NCBI GenBank assembly: GCA_017432645.1
Contig: JAFRIU010000047.1
Span: 12,107-76,106 of the forward strand
From: Bacilli bacterium
Lineage (GTDB): Bacteria; Bacillota_I; Bacilli_A; RF39; UBA660
DNA: 64,000 nt
Reading direction: 5' to 3'
Position numbers and translations under genes: made by a program. Positions within the stretch are counted from its first letter, which is position 1; the number at the start of each line of letters is the position of its first letter. The notes beneath the pieces were generated by a model, which worked only from the letters and a program-made list of their open reading frames with translations, was not told the DNA's origin and made no database searches. Below, piece after piece: positions 36,860 through 47,371 of this stretch.

Positions 36860-36992
36860 ATTTTTTTCTCCTTCTACTTTAATTAGCTTTTCCCAGGAGC
36901 TAATCAAGGTGGGATTTAAATGTACCGATATGAATTATACTAAAAAAATGATGAAAAATCAATAGTTTCCCATCATTTTATAGTGTTTTATA

Positions 36993-37724
36993 TCAATATT
37001 TCACGTCCAACAAGCACAATCCCTCTGGGGGTGCTGTCTTACCAGATTTCGTCCGATCTTTACTCTCTAAAATTTCAGATATCTTTTCTGGTAATATCTT
37101 GCCTTCTCCTACTCGAATTAAGATCCCAACCATATTTCTTACCTGATATCTTAAAAATCCATCTCCAGAAAATAGAAATCGAATCTTTTGATCCTTTTCC
37201 TCTATCAAAGCCTTAGTAATCGTTCGAATACAATTATCTTTCTCTTTGTTATCTGTTACAAAAGCTCGAAAATCATGAGTCCCCAAAAAGAAAGAAATAG
37301 CTTCTTTCATCTTTTCAATGTCTAAAGAATGATTATATTGAAAAACAGTATTTCTTTCCAAAGGATTATATTCTCCCATATTAAGCAAATATTCATATGT
37401 CTTTTCTTTTACCTGATATCTAGCATGAAAAGAATCCTCTACCATTTTAGTTTCAATAACATGAATATCATCCGGTAAATGACTATTTAAAGCTCTCTTT
37501 AACTTTGCTTCTGTAATATTTACCTGCAAATCAGCATGAGCATACTGACATAAAGCATGAACTCCCTTATCTGTCCTTCCTGTTGCAACAGCAATAGTTC
37601 TCTGATGATTATTAACCTCAGTCAAAGCATTTTCTAATCTTTCTTGAATAGTATCTTTTCCCCTTTGTGTTTGAAATCCAGAGTAAGAAGTACCATCATA
37701 AGAAAATTGGATTAAAAATCTCAT
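36993..37724 (-). CDS. truA: tRNA pseudouridine(38-40) synthase TruA
   Basis: GRTDKGVHA catalytic Asp motif. Confidence 0.85.
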   Translation of the reverse strand: MRFLIQFSYDGTSYSGFQTQRGKDTIQERLENALTEVNNHQRTIAVATGRTDKGVHALCQYAHADLQVNITEAKLKRALNSHLPDDIHVIETKMVEDSFHARYQVKEKTYEYLLNMGEYNPLERNTVFQYNHSLDIEKMKEAISFFLGTHDFRAFVTDNKEKDNCIRTITKALIEEKDQKIRFLFSGDGFLRYQVRNMVGILIRVGEGKILPEKISEILESKDRTKSGKTAPPEGLCLLDVKY

Positions 37725-37732
37725 ATTTCCTC

Positions 37733-38509
37733 CTATACATGTTTATAAATATCTTTCATAAGATCTCTTAAATCTCTATGATAATCAATATTCATACCTT
37801 TTTTTCTAAGCAAGTCTGTTAGTTCAACAATTTCTGGTAAAAGGATCTTATTTTTCTTTAAAAAATCCACTTGTTGATAAACCTCCTTAGTCTCTCCCTC
37901 TAATAAAATACCATTTTTTTCAACAATTAAATAATCAGTATATTGGTATAACAAATCTGGTTGATTACTAACAAATAAAATCGTCTTATCATAAAGATCT
38001 TTCATCTTCTGAATCAAAGAGAAAATTCTTTTCTTCGTTTTTCTATCAAATCCTTCTAAAGGATTGATCATAATAATCATTTCTGGATTAAACATTAAAA
38101 CAGAACCAAACTGAATCAGCTTTCTCTCAGAAGAAGACAAATCCTGAATATCACGATTTAAATAAGTAACATCCAATCCCACTACTTTTAAGGTGTCCAT
38201 TACTTTCTTCCTAGGATCTTTTAAAGAAACTCTGTTAGTCCTCATTCTTTGATACAAGTACTCATATACCTTATATCGAAAACAAATAGAATCCATCTCT
38301 TGAGATACCAATCCTATTTTCTGCTTATATTGTCTCATCTCATCACGATTTAATTTCTTTCCATCAAGAGTCATTTCCGTCTCTAAAATGTCTTTTAAAG
38401 AAATCCCATCCACAAGTTCTTCATAATGACTTCCAGTAATTCCATTCACAGCTTTCTCTTGAATAGAAAAAGAGAAAGTCTTATTTTTCGTTTTTATCTT
38501 TACTTCCAT
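37733..38509 (-). CDS. EcfA2-like ABC ATPase homolog with degenerate catalytic motifs
   Basis: ABC fold is alignable to EcfA2. Walker A is missing (GITGSHYEEL), the signature is LSSSE, Walker B is MINPLEG, and the H-loop His is replaced. Confidence 0.55.
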   Translation of the reverse strand: MEVKIKTKNKTFSFSIQEKAVNGITGSHYEELVDGISLKDILETEMTLDGKKLNRDEMRQYKQKIGLVSQEMDSICFRYKVYEYLYQRMRTNRVSLKDPRKKVMDTLKVVGLDVTYLNRDIQDLSSSERKLIQFGSVLMFNPEMIIMINPLEGFDRKTKKRIFSLIQKMKDLYDKTILFVSNQPDLLYQYTDYLIVEKNGILLEGETKEVYQQVDFLKKNKILLPEIVELTDLLRKKGMNIDYHRDLRDLMKDIYKHV

Positions 38510-39270
38510 AAGGCATCCACCATTCTATTCTTATCTAATTCAATACTATCTAAAAGCTTATAATCTTTTAGTTTTACAGATAAATCTATCATAAAAGGCA
38601 AATCTAAACCAATCTTATTAATCTTGGCATCATTTTCTAATACTTCTAACGGAAATCCTTCCAAAGAAATCTTTTTCTCATCCATAATATATAAATAATC
38701 AGTGTATAAACTTTCTTCTAAAACTTGTGTCGTATAAAGAATCGTATTTTCTTCCTTCTTCTGATATTTCTTTAAAAAAGAAAGAATCTTATATAACTCA
38801 TTTTTTTCAAAATAAGAAGAAATATCATCAATCAATAATATCTTTAAAGATTTAACTAGCTCGACAGCAAGCTGACATAAAACAAACTCAAAAGAAGATA
38901 AACGAGAAATATCTTTATGACGAATAGATTTCAAAGAAAGACCTCTCAAGATCCAATCTATTCGCTTAGAATCATTCGTATATAGATATAACTCATCCTC
39001 TAAGCAATTCTCTTCAAATTCCTTTTCTAAAGGAATCACACAACCTACAAGCATAGAATAAGAAGAAATAGAATAGGTATTGATTCTTTCTCCTTCTATT
39101 TCAATGTCACCATCTACAATAACCTCTCTACTTAAAATTCTAATTAATGTTGTCTTACCACAGTTATTTGGACCTGAAAAGGTTACAAACTGATCTTTTG
39201 GAATCAACAACGAAAAATTATCAAATAAATTTTGATAATAGAAATGGCTAATTTTAATAGCATCATTCAT
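38500..39270 (-). CDS. EcfA1-like ABC ATPase homolog with degenerate signature, Walker B and H-loop
   Basis: Walker A is intact (GPNNCGKTT). The signature is LSSFEF, Walker B is LLIDDISS with no catalytic Glu, and the H-loop His is replaced by Gln. C-terminal GLDLP helix. Confidence 0.55.
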   Translation of the reverse strand: MNDAIKISHFYYQNLFDNFSLLIPKDQFVTFSGPNNCGKTTLIRILSREVIVDGDIEIEGERINTYSISSYSMLVGCVIPLEKEFEENCLEDELYLYTNDSKRIDWILRGLSLKSIRHKDISRLSSFEFVLCQLAVELVKSLKILLIDDISSYFEKNELYKILSFLKKYQKKEENTILYTTQVLEESLYTDYLYIMDEKKISLEGFPLEVLENDAKINKIGLDLPFMIDLSVKLKDYKLLDSIELDKNRMVDALWK

Positions 39271-39304
39271 TTTACCTCTTCCCCCATTTGAAATGAAAAG
39301 CCAA

Positions 39305-40063
39305 CTATTTGCTGGCTTTTTTCTTTTGAATTCGATATGTCATCTTTAATAATGTTTCATCAGATAAAAATCTTTCAAAAAATTTTACAAGCTTCATTTT
39401 TGTTCCTGGAATAATTAACATCTTATTCCGAAACATCTGGTCAATAGCATACTTTGCTACAAAAACACTAGATAGTGGTTTCACAGAAAAATGAACTCCA
39501 GCTACCTCATTAAAATTCGTCTCTACTGGTCCAGGACACAAAACAGAAACATGAACTTTAGTCTTCTTTACTTTTTCCTCATAATATAAGGCTTCTGTTA
39601 ATTGATATACATAAGACTTTGTAGCATAATAAGTACTCATTAATGGTCCTGGTTGAAAAGCAGCAGAAGAAGAAACATTCAAAATATAAGTATCGGTATC
39701 TCTCTTCTCCATATCTTTCGCAACATATTTTGTAAGAATATGCAAAGCCTTAATATTCGTATTAATCATTTCTAAATCTTTGTTTATATCCGTATCTGTT
39801 AAGTAGCCAAAATCTCCAAAACCAGCATTATTAATCAAAATATCTACATTTTCTTTCTTAGCAAGTACATATAATTCTTTTACTTTTTGCTCATTCGATA
39901 AATCCGCAACGATAATCGTTACTTTTGTTGGTAATTGTTCCTGAATCTGTTCTAGTTTCTCTTTGTTTCTAGAAACTAAAACAAGCTCACATTTTTGACT
40001 AGCAAGATATCTGGCCATATCTAAGCCAATTCCTGAAGATGCTCCAGTAATTAATGCTTTCAT
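39305..40063 (-). CDS. SDR family NAD(P)-dependent oxidoreductase
   Basis: TGASSGIG Rossmann motif and a Y...K active-site context. Confidence 0.8.
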   Translation of the reverse strand: MKALITGASSGIGLDMARYLASQKCELVLVSRNKEKLEQIQEQLPTKVTIIVADLSNEQKVKELYVLAKKENVDILINNAGFGDFGYLTDTDINKDLEMINTNIKALHILTKYVAKDMEKRDTDTYILNVSSSAAFQPGPLMSTYYATKSYVYQLTEALYYEEKVKKTKVHVSVLCPGPVETNFNEVAGVHFSVKPLSSVFVAKYAIDQMFRNKMLIIPGTKMKLVKFFERFLSDETLLKMTYRIQKKKASK

Positions 40064-40148
40064 CCAACCACCTACTTCTAGGACTATTATATCAAAAAAA
40101 TGTTTTATTTTCTACAAAAAACAAGTATTTTCATACTTGTCCTTTTGT

Positions 40149-40610
40149 TTACTGTGTTTCCTTTTCCTTTTTTTCTTTTTTTGCAGGTTTTGCAGGCTTC
40201 TTTTCAGCCTTTTCAGTCTTAGCTTTTTTCTCTTTCTTTTCTGGTTTTTCTTCTTCTTTTTTTGGAGATTCTACTAATCTTAAAATAACCATTAATGCAT
40301 CGTCTCCACGTCTCTCTGTTAATTTTAAGATCTGAGTATATCCACCATTACGATTTTCATATCTTTTAGCTAAATCACTAAATACTTTTTCAACAGTTGC
40401 AACATCATTGTGTAAAAAAGCTAATGCTCTACGACGAGAAGTTAAATCGCCCTTTTTACCATAAGTAATCATCTTCTCTACTGTCTTACGAACTTCTTTC
40501 GCTCTTGTTTCAGTAGTAGTAATACTTTCATGATTAATTACTTGTTTCGTCATAGTAGCTAGCATACTTCTTCTATGCTTATTATCTACACCTAATTTTC
40601 TATATGCCAT
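40149..40610 (-). CDS. rplQ: 50S ribosomal protein L17 with Lys/Glu-rich C-terminal extension
   Basis: L17 core followed by a ~37-aa [13 protein letters not shown]... tail. Confidence 0.9.
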   Translation of the reverse strand: MAYRKLGVDNKHRRSMLATMTKQVINHESITTTETRAKEVRKTVEKMITYGKKGDLTSRRRALAFLHNDVATVEKVFSDLAKRYENRNGGYTQILKLTERRGDDALMVILRLVESPKKEEEKPEKKEKKAKTEKAEKKPAKPAKKEKKEKETQ

Positions 40611-40626
40611 CGTCTATACCTCCTTA

Positions 40627-41577
40627 TTAATCATCGTCACGTAAAACTAAGCCCATATCTCTAATCTTATCTAATACTTCCTTTAGAGACTTCTTGCCTA
40701 AATTACGAATTTTCATCATGTCAGATTCACTCTTATTAACAAGATCTTGTAGTGTATGAACTCCTGCTCTTTTTAAGCAATTATAAGCTCTTACAGAAAA
40801 ATCCAAATCCTCAATAGAAGTCTCTAAAGCTTTTACCTTAGGATCTTCTGTCTTCTCAATCATCATGCCACTAACATCAGCAATAGCAGATAAATCGGTT
40901 ACGATTTGTAAGTGTTCCATTAAAATACGAGCTGCCAAAGCAATGGCTTCTTCTGGTTTAATAGAACCGTTGGTCCAAACATCTAAAATTAATTTATCAT
41001 AACTTTCATCTTGTCCAACACGAGCGTTTCCAACTTCATAAGATACTCTTTCAATTGGAGAATATAAAGAATCGATAGCGATTTCTCCAACTTTCTTAAT
41101 ATCATGAATTCTCTTATTATCTTCACTTCTAACATATCCACGACCATTTGTAACAGTCATTTCCATATCTAAAGTAGTTCCTTTTGATAAAGTACAGATT
41201 ACTTTATCTGGGTTAATGATTTCTATATCAGCATCATGTTCAATATCTCCTGCCGTGATTTCCCCTTCTTTAGTAGTATGAATACGTACTACCTTTGCCT
41301 CACTGGAATGATTTTGAAATACGATACCTTTTAAATTCAAAATAATAGTTGTTACATCTTCATAAACTCCATCAATTGTTTGGAATTCGTGAAGAACACC
41401 ATTTATTTTAACACTACTAATTGCACTTCCTGGTAAAGAAGATAACATTACTCTTCTTAAAGCATTACCAATAGTAGTACCAAAACCTCTTTCTAATGGT
41501 TCTAATTCAAATCTTCCATAAAAATTATTTTCTATAGAGTCTGTTATTTTATAAATTGGTTTTTCAAATTGTAACAT
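40627..41577 (-). CDS. rpoA: DNA-directed RNA polymerase subunit alpha
   Basis: Conserved NTD and CTD blocks, 316 aa. Confidence 0.95.
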   Translation of the reverse strand: MLQFEKPIYKITDSIENNFYGRFELEPLERGFGTTIGNALRRVMLSSLPGSAISSVKINGVLHEFQTIDGVYEDVTTIILNLKGIVFQNHSSEAKVVRIHTTKEGEITAGDIEHDADIEIINPDKVICTLSKGTTLDMEMTVTNGRGYVRSEDNKRIHDIKKVGEIAIDSLYSPIERVSYEVGNARVGQDESYDKLILDVWTNGSIKPEEAIALAARILMEHLQIVTDLSAIADVSGMMIEKTEDPKVKALETSIEDLDFSVRAYNCLKRAGVHTLQDLVNKSESDMMKIRNLGKKSLKEVLDKIRDMGLVLRDDD

Positions 41578-41643
41578 AAAACTAACCTCCCTTTACTTTT
41601 TTTATGAACTATTTCTTTATTATCCACTAACAGAGTCCTCCTA

Positions 41644-42027
41644 TTATCCTCTTGGACGTTTTGGTGGACGACATCCGTTGTGTGGAATTGGTGTTACATC
41701 AACGATAGATGTAACCTCTAGTCCTGCTGTTTGTAAGGAACGAATTGCGGTTTCACGACCTGGTCCTAATCCCTTTACATGAACTTCTACTTTACGCATT
41801 CCCATATCATATGCAGCTTTTCCTGCTGCTTCTGCAGCCATACCAGCAGCAAATGGAGTTGATTTCTTACTTCCTTTAAAACCAATTGCACCAGATGATG
41901 CCCAGCTAATGACATTTCCTTCTTGATCCGTAACGGTTGTGATTGTATTGTTAAATGTTGAATGAACATGAGCCATACCTTCTGGTACATTTTTCTTTAC
42001 TTTTTTCTTTCTTGTCTTATAAGCCAT
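41644..42027 (-). CDS. rpsK: 30S ribosomal protein S11
   Basis: Conserved sequence. Confidence 0.95.
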   Translation of the reverse strand: MAYKTRKKKVKKNVPEGMAHVHSTFNNTITTVTDQEGNVISWASSGAIGFKGSKKSTPFAAGMAAEAAGKAAYDMGMRKVEVHVKGLGPGRETAIRSLQTAGLEVTSIVDVTPIPHNGCRPPKRPRG

Positions 42028-42052
42028 AAGTCTTACCTCCTTTTCTTTTCAA

Positions 42053-42421
42053 CTAAACTTTCTTCTTATTTGCTACAACTTTTCCTTTACCCTTACGAGT
42101 ACGAGCATTACGATTAGTTCTTTGTCCTCTTACAGGTAATCCTTTTTTGTGGCGAGTTCCTTGATAAGAATTGATTTCCATCTTAGTCTTAATATTCATA
42201 TTAACTTCACGACGTAAATCACCTTCAGTTAAATGTTTATTAATCTCATCACGAAGTTTTACTAAATCATCTTGTGATAAGTCTTTAGTCTTTGTAGCTG
42301 GATCGATTCCAACTGTTTCACAAATCTGTTTACCTAAATTTCTTCCGATTCCATAAATATAACTTAAAGAAACAAAAATCTGTTTATCATTTGGAATATC
42401 TACACCTTTTATACGTGCCAT
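42053..42421 (-). CDS. rpsM: 30S ribosomal protein S13
   Basis: Conserved sequence. Confidence 0.95.
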   Translation of the reverse strand: MARIKGVDIPNDKQIFVSLSYIYGIGRNLGKQICETVGIDPATKTKDLSQDDLVKLRDEINKHLTEGDLRREVNMNIKTKMEINSYQGTRHKKGLPVRGQRTNRNARTRKGKGKVVANKKKV

Positions 42422-42440
42422 TCAATATACCTCCTAAATT

Positions 42441-42554
42441 TTATCCTTGAACTTGTTTGTGCTTTGGATTGTCACAAATAATTCTTACTTTTCCTTTACG
42501 TTTTACCACTTTACATTTTTCGCAAATTGGCTTAACAGATGCTTTTACTTTCAT
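42441..42554 (-). CDS. rpmJ: 50S ribosomal protein L36 (not in the ORF track)
   Basis: The reverse-complement translation is [47 protein letters not shown] precedes the start. Confidence 0.85.
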   Translation of the reverse strand: MKVKASVKPICEKCKVVKRKGKVRIICDNPKHKQVQG

Positions 42555-42566
42555 ATTTCCCTCCTA

Positions 42567-42782
42567 TTATTTACGATAGGTTATTCGCCCACGTGTTAAG
42601 TCATAAGGAGAAAGTTCTATCATTACGGTATCCCCTGCTAAAATACGGATATAATTCATTCGTATTTTACCAGAAACGTGAGCTTCCACAATGTGTCCAT
42701 TTTCCAGTTGTACTTTAAATTTCCCACCTGGAATAATCTCAAGAACTTTTCCTTCAATTTCAATTGTATCTTCCTTAGCCAT
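42567..42782 (-). CDS. infA: translation initiation factor IF-1
   Basis: Conserved S1-like sequence. The start is set at the [11 protein letters not shown], which has RBS AGGAGAG. Confidence 0.9.
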   Translation of the reverse strand: MAKEDTIEIEGKVLEIIPGGKFKVQLENGHIVEAHVSGKIRMNYIRILAGDTVMIELSPYDLTRGRITYRK

Positions 42783-42869
42783 CTCTTCACTCTCCTGTGT
42801 AAGATTTTTGCGTATCATCAAAGAAGACAGAAGATAACTTCCCTCTTCTTACGATACATTGTGATACAT

Positions 42870-43523
42870 CTATTGTCTAACAATTTTATCAATCTTTGAA
42901 AAGATATTTTCGACAGTATCATTTCCATCTACTTCTACTAATACGTTCTTTTCACGATAATGATGAATAATTGGTTCTGTTTTTTCTTGATACATAGCAT
43001 ATCTGGTTTCAAAAGCCTCTAAATTATCATCACTTCTTTGATATAATTTTCCTCCGCAATTATCACATACGGATTCAACCTGTGGAGAATTCTTTGGATC
43101 ATTAATATTATAAATCGTATTACAATTCTCACAAATTCTTCTTCCAGTAATTCTTTTCTCCAACGTCTTCTTATCAATATTAATATAAATAACATGACCG
43201 ATATCATAACCTAGCTTAGCAAGAATCTTATCATATTCATGAGCTTGCTCGATATTACGAGGAAATCCATCAATAATATAACCATTCTTACAATCTTCTC
43301 TTTTTAAACGATCTTCAATCAATTGATAAGTAATTTCATCTTTTACTAATTGTCCACTTGCTAAAGTTTCCTGAACATATTTTCCAATTTCACTATCTTC
43401 CTTAGAGATTTCTCTTAAAATATCTCCTGTAGAGATATGTGGAATTCCATATTTCTCAACCACTAATTCTGCTTGAGTTCCTTTTCCAGCAGCTGGTGGC
43501 GCAATAAACATAATATTTTTCAT
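42870..43523 (-). CDS. adk: adenylate kinase
   Basis: P-loop GPPAAGKGTQ and a Zn-finger lid (CxxC...CxxC). Confidence 0.9.
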   Translation of the reverse strand: MKNIMFIAPPAAGKGTQAELVVEKYGIPHISTGDILREISKEDSEIGKYVQETLASGQLVKDEITYQLIEDRLKREDCKNGYIIDGFPRNIEQAHEYDKILAKLGYDIGHVIYINIDKKTLEKRITGRRICENCNTIYNINDPKNSPQVESVCDNCGGKLYQRSDDNLEAFETRYAMYQEKTEPIIHHYREKNVLVEVDGNDTVENIFSKIDKIVRQ

Positions 43524-43524
43524 T

Positions 43525-44796
43525 CTATCTCCTACTATATCCTTTTGCGTAACTTCTTGTTAGTAAACTTCCCTCTAATTGTTTATAGGTCTCTAATGCA
43601 ACACCTACTACAATGAGTAATCCCGTTCCTCCAATTGATACAGAAGTTGGTAAACTAGTTAATTGTGAAAAAACAATTGGAAGAGAAGCAATAATTACTA
43701 AGAATGTTGCTCCTAAAACTGTTAAACGAACCAAAATCTTGCTAAGATATTTCTTCGTTTCATCGCCAGGTCTAATTCCTGGAATATATCCTCCATTTTC
43801 CTGTAAATTCTTTGCAAATTCCTCTGGTTTTAATTGAATAAACGTATAGAAATAAGCAAACAAGAAAATAAGAATTACATATAAACAAAATCCAACTGGT
43901 GTTGTATATGTCAAATATTTTTGAACAAACAAACTAAATCCTTCTTTTTTAATTACCTGAGCAATAATACTTGGTACAGATAACAAACTAGAAGCAAAAA
44001 TAACTGGCATAACACCGGCAGAATTAATCTTAATCGGCATAAAGCTCTGAGAAGCCCCATAAGCATTCGTTGACTTATTAGCATATTGAATAGGAATTCT
44101 TCTTTCGGATTCTTCTACAAAAATCATTCCAATAACAATAGCAAAATAAACAATCACAAACAAAATAAATTTAATAATTCCTAAGGCTATTACTTGCGAA
44201 GTTCCCTCAAATGATATAAAACTAGTAAATACCGTAATAAACATTTGAGGAAGAGTGGCAATGATACCTGCCATAATAATTAAACTCATTCCGTTTCCAA
44301 TCCCTTTTTGAGTCATCTGATCTCCCATCCATAGCAATAAGGATGTACCTGCCGTCAATACAGTTGCAATATACATATATTGCATTGGATTTCCAGTCTT
44401 ACCAATAAATGCAAAGGCAAAAGCATATCCTTCGATAAAAGCTAATGCAATTCCCATATAACGAGTAATTTGATTAATCTTTTGTCTACCAGTATGTCCC
44501 TGCTTAGCAAGTTCTGCAAAATATGGAAGAATATCCATCTGCAATAATTGAGTAATAATAGATGCCGTAATATAAGGCATTACTCCTAATGCAAAGATAG
44601 AGAAGTTCTTAAGAGCTCCACCACCAATAGTATTAATTAATTCCAAGAATCCTAAACTCTTGGTTAAATCTTCTGTACCAGGAACTTTAATAGAAATTCC
44701 TAGTGTAAAGACTGCAAGACAAAACAAAGTAAAATAGATTCTATGACGTAAATCTTTATTTCCTGAAGTAAATAATTCCTTCATTACTTTAAACAT
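43525..44796 (-). CDS. secY: preprotein translocase subunit SecY
   Basis: Ten-TM SecY sequence. Confidence 0.95.
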   Translation of the reverse strand: MFKVMKELFTSGNKDLRHRIYFTLFCLAVFTLGISIKVPGTEDLTKSLGFLELINTIGGGALKNFSIFALGVMPYITASIITQLLQMDILPYFAELAKQGHTGRQKINQITRYMGIALAFIEGYAFAFAFIGKTGNPMQYMYIATVLTAGTSLLLWMGDQMTQKGIGNGMSLIIMAGIIATLPQMFITVFTSFISFEGTSQVIALGIIKFILFVIVYFAIVIGMIFVEESERRIPIQYANKSTNAYGASQSFMPIKINSAGVMPVIFASSLLSVPSIIAQVIKKEGFSLFVQKYLTYTTPVGFCLYVILIFLFAYFYTFIQLKPEEFAKNLQENGGYIPGIRPGDETKKYLSKILVRLTVLGATFLVIIASLPIVFSQLTSLPTSVSIGGTGLLIVVGVALETYKQLEGSLLTRSYAKGYSRR

Positions 44797-44797
44797 C

Positions 44798-45241
44798 TTA
44801 GATCACCTCAGCTTTACTTCCAGCCTCTTTCAACTTTTCCATTGCGCTAGATGAAAACTTATTAGCTTGAACAGTTAACTTACGCTCAACTTTTCCCTTA
44901 CCTAATACTTTTACACCATCACACTGTTTCTTTAATAATCCAGCATCTTTTAATAATGCAGGAGTAACTACGGTTCCATCTTCAAAATGATTTAAATCTT
45001 CAACATTAATAACTGCATAAACCGTTTTAAACTTATCATTCGTAAAACCTCTTTTTGGAAGTCTACGATATAGTGGTAATTGTCCTCCTTCAAATACAGG
45101 ATTGATACTACCACCACTACGTGCTTTCTGACCCTTTTGTCCGCGACCACTTGTTTTACCAATACCACTACCTGGTCCACGTCCTACACGCTTTTTACTT
45201 TGAGTAGCTCCGATATTTCTTTGTAATTCATGTAACTTCAT
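44798..45241 (-). CDS. rplO: 50S ribosomal protein L15
   Basis: Conserved sequence. Confidence 0.9.
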   Translation of the reverse strand: MKLHELQRNIGATQSKKRVGRGPGSGIGKTSGRGQKGQKARSGGSINPVFEGGQLPLYRRLPKRGFTNDKFKTVYAVINVEDLNHFEDGTVVTPALLKDAGLLKKQCDGVKVLGKGKVERKLTVQANKFSSSAMEKLKEAGSKAEVI

Positions 45242-45750
45242 TATCCTAATATCTCCTCTACAGTTTTTCCGCGAAGTGCAGCTACTTGTTCTGGAGTCTT
45301 AATAGACTTCAAAGCAGTAATAGCAGCTCTCGCCATATTTAATTTCGTTCTTGCTCCTAGTGATTTAGAGACAACATCACGAACTCCTGCTAATTCTAAA
45401 ATAGCACGAACAGATCCTCCAGCAATGACACCTGTACCAGCAGCAGCAGGCTTAATGATTACTCTAGCAGCTCCTGCATGACCTTCAGCCTCATGAGCTA
45501 CCGTTCTACCATCAGCTAGAGGGATAGTAATCATATTCTTATTGGCATCTTGAAGGGCTTTTTTAATGGCATCTGGTACTTCATTTGCTTTTCCGATACC
45601 TAATCCAACTTTCCCTTTACGATCTCCAATAACAACAGTTGCAGAATATCTTCTCTGACGTCCACCTTTGTTTACTTTAACAACACTCTTAACGTCAATG
45701 ACTAATTCTTCATATTGTTTTTCTTTAGAGTCTTGAGTTTTCTTTTGCAT
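45241..45750 (-). CDS. rpsE: 30S ribosomal protein S5
   Basis: Conserved sequence. The stop overlaps the rplO start. Confidence 0.9.
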   Translation of the reverse strand: MQKKTQDSKEKQYEELVIDVKSVVKVNKGGRQRRYSATVVIGDRKGKVGLGIGKANEVPDAIKKALQDANKNMITIPLADGRTVAHEAEGHAGAARVIIKPAAAGTGVIAGGSVRAILELAGVRDVVSKSLGARTKLNMARAAITALKSIKTPEQVAALRGKTVEEILG

Positions 45751-45762
45751 ATTACCCTCCTA

Positions 45763-46125
45763 TTAGAATTCTAATCCATTTTCACGTGCAGCTTCTGCTA
45801 AAGCCTGTACACGTCCATGATAAAGGTATCCACCTCTATCAAATACTACTTTTGTAATTTTGGCTTTCTTTGCTTTGTCAGCAATAGACTTACCAACTAC
45901 TTTTGCTGCTTCAACATTTCCACCATTTTTGATTTTTAAATCCTTATCCAATGAGGAAGCAGATACAAGAGTAGTCTTCGTTTCATCATCAATGATTTGC
46001 GCATAAATTCCATTATTAGAACGGAATACACATAATCTTGGTGTTTCACTTGTTCCCATTAAAGTCTTACGAATTCTTTCATGACGAGAAATACGCATAC
46101 TATTACGAGATTCTTTTTTTATCAT
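45763..46125 (-). CDS. rplR: 50S ribosomal protein L18
   Basis: Conserved sequence. Confidence 0.9.
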   Translation of the reverse strand: MIKKESRNSMRISRHERIRKTLMGTSETPRLCVFRSNNGIYAQIIDDETKTTLVSASSLDKDLKIKNGGNVEAAKVVGKSIADKAKKAKITKVVFDRGGYLYHGRVQALAEAARENGLEF

Positions 46126-46149
46126 ACTTTTCTTCTCCCTTCCTACTTA

Positions 46150-46680
46150 CTAAGCAGCTTTCTTTCCTTCTTTACGACGAACATGTTCATCTTTATAACG
46201 AATTCCTTTTCCTTTGTAAGGCTCAGGACTTCTAACTTTACGAATATTAGCAGCAAATTCTCCTACTAAAACTTTATCGATTCCTTTTACTGTAATTTCC
46301 GTATTACTTTGAGATTCTACAGTAATTCCTTCTGGAATTTCCATATTTACTAAATGTGAATATCCTGCACTAATAACTAATTTTTTACCTTGTACATTAA
46401 AACGGTATCCAACACCAATAATCTCTAAAGCTTTTTCATACCCCTTTGTTACTCCAATAATCATATTATTTAATAAAGAATTAATCGTTCCATGCATTGC
46501 TTTTGCTTCTTCATTCTTACGTTCTAGAGTAACTTTATCTTCTTCTACCTTAATTGTAATTTCTCCTGGTAGCTTTTGTTTTAACTCTCCCTTAGGTCCT
46601 TTTACAGTAATAATACCTTCTGTTTCTTCAACAGTAACTCCTGCAGGAATAGTCAATAAACGATTTCCTATACGGCTCAT
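46150..46680 (-). CDS. rplF: 50S ribosomal protein L6
   Basis: Conserved sequence. Confidence 0.9.
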   Translation of the reverse strand: MSRIGNRLLTIPAGVTVEETEGIITVKGPKGELKQKLPGEITIKVEEDKVTLERKNEEAKAMHGTINSLLNNMIIGVTKGYEKALEIIGVGYRFNVQGKKLVISAGYSHLVNMEIPEGITVESQSNTEITVKGIDKVLVGEFAANIRKVRSPEPYKGKGIRYKDEHVRRKEGKKAA

Positions 46681-46748
46681 AACGACACCTCCTATATCTC
46701 ATTTTAAATTTACCATGTCTCCATGGGTTTCAAACTTCTTTGCCTTAT

Positions 46749-47150
46749 TTACCAAATATAAGCTAGAACTTCCCCACCTATATTCTCTTTACGAGCTTGC
46801 TTATCTGTCATAATTCCCTTTGAAGTAGAAATAATAGCAATTCCTAATCCATTTAAAACTTTTGGAATTTCTCCACTTCTTGCATATACTCTTAATCCTG
46901 GTTTGGAAATTCTTTTTAATCCAGTGATAACTCTTTGCTTCTTATCAGCATATTTTAATGTCAAAACGATTGTCTTTTGAACATCTTCACTATTTACTTT
47001 ATAATCCTTAATAAATCCCTCTTCTTTTAAAATTTTAGCGATTGCTTCTTTTTCTTTTGAAGATGGAACTTCAACTTCTTCATAACGCATTGCATTTGCA
47101 TTACGAATTCTTGTTAGCATATCTGCGATTGTATCAGTTACTACTGCCAT
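46749..47150 (-). CDS. rpsH: 30S ribosomal protein S8
   Basis: [19 protein letters not shown]-terminus. RBS GGAGGA precedes the start. Confidence 0.9.
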   Translation of the reverse strand: MAVVTDTIADMLTRIRNANAMRYEEVEVPSSKEKEAIAKILKEEGFIKDYKVNSEDVQKTIVLTLKYADKKQRVITGLKRISKPGLRVYARSGEIPKVLNGLGIAIISTSKGIMTDKQARKENIGGEVLAYIW

Positions 47151-47170
47151 AATAAATTCCTCCTTTCCAA

Positions 47171-47356
47171 TTACCAACTTGATTTCTTAATTCCTGGTAT
47201 TTGTCCTCTATAAGCTAATTCACGGAAGCAAATACGGCAGATTCCGAATTTACTCATAACTGCGTGTGGACGACCACAACGAGAACATCTAGTATATTCT
47301 CTTACTTTATACTTTTGTGGTCTACTAGCTTTTACTATCATACTTTTCTTTGCCAT
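47171..47356 (-). CDS. rpsZ: 30S ribosomal protein S14 type Z (zinc-binding)
   Basis: 61 aa with CxxC...CxxC. Confidence 0.9.
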   Translation of the reverse strand: MAKKSMIVKASRPQKYKVREYTRCSRCGRPHAVMSKFGICRICFRELAYRGQIPGIKKSSW

Positions 47357-47371
47357 AATATTCCTCCATTA

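Noticed and set aside
36884-36906. TTAGCT...AGCTAA hairpin upstream of rplM as an L13 leader element
   Set aside because: It is short and unverifiable by eye. It might be part of an rplM leader structure, but there is not enough evidence to call it.
40054-40335. 93-aa plus-strand ORF overlapping rplQ
   Set aside because: It is antisense to L17 and its low-complexity sequence mirrors the lysine-rich tail.
41787-46269. Multiple 60-75-aa ORFs antisense or overlapping in the ribosomal cluster (41787-41990, 42171-42356, 42678-42899, 43019-43207, 43613-43837, 44992-45180, 46038-46269)
   Set aside because: All lie within or opposite highly conserved ribosomal, secY or adk genes.
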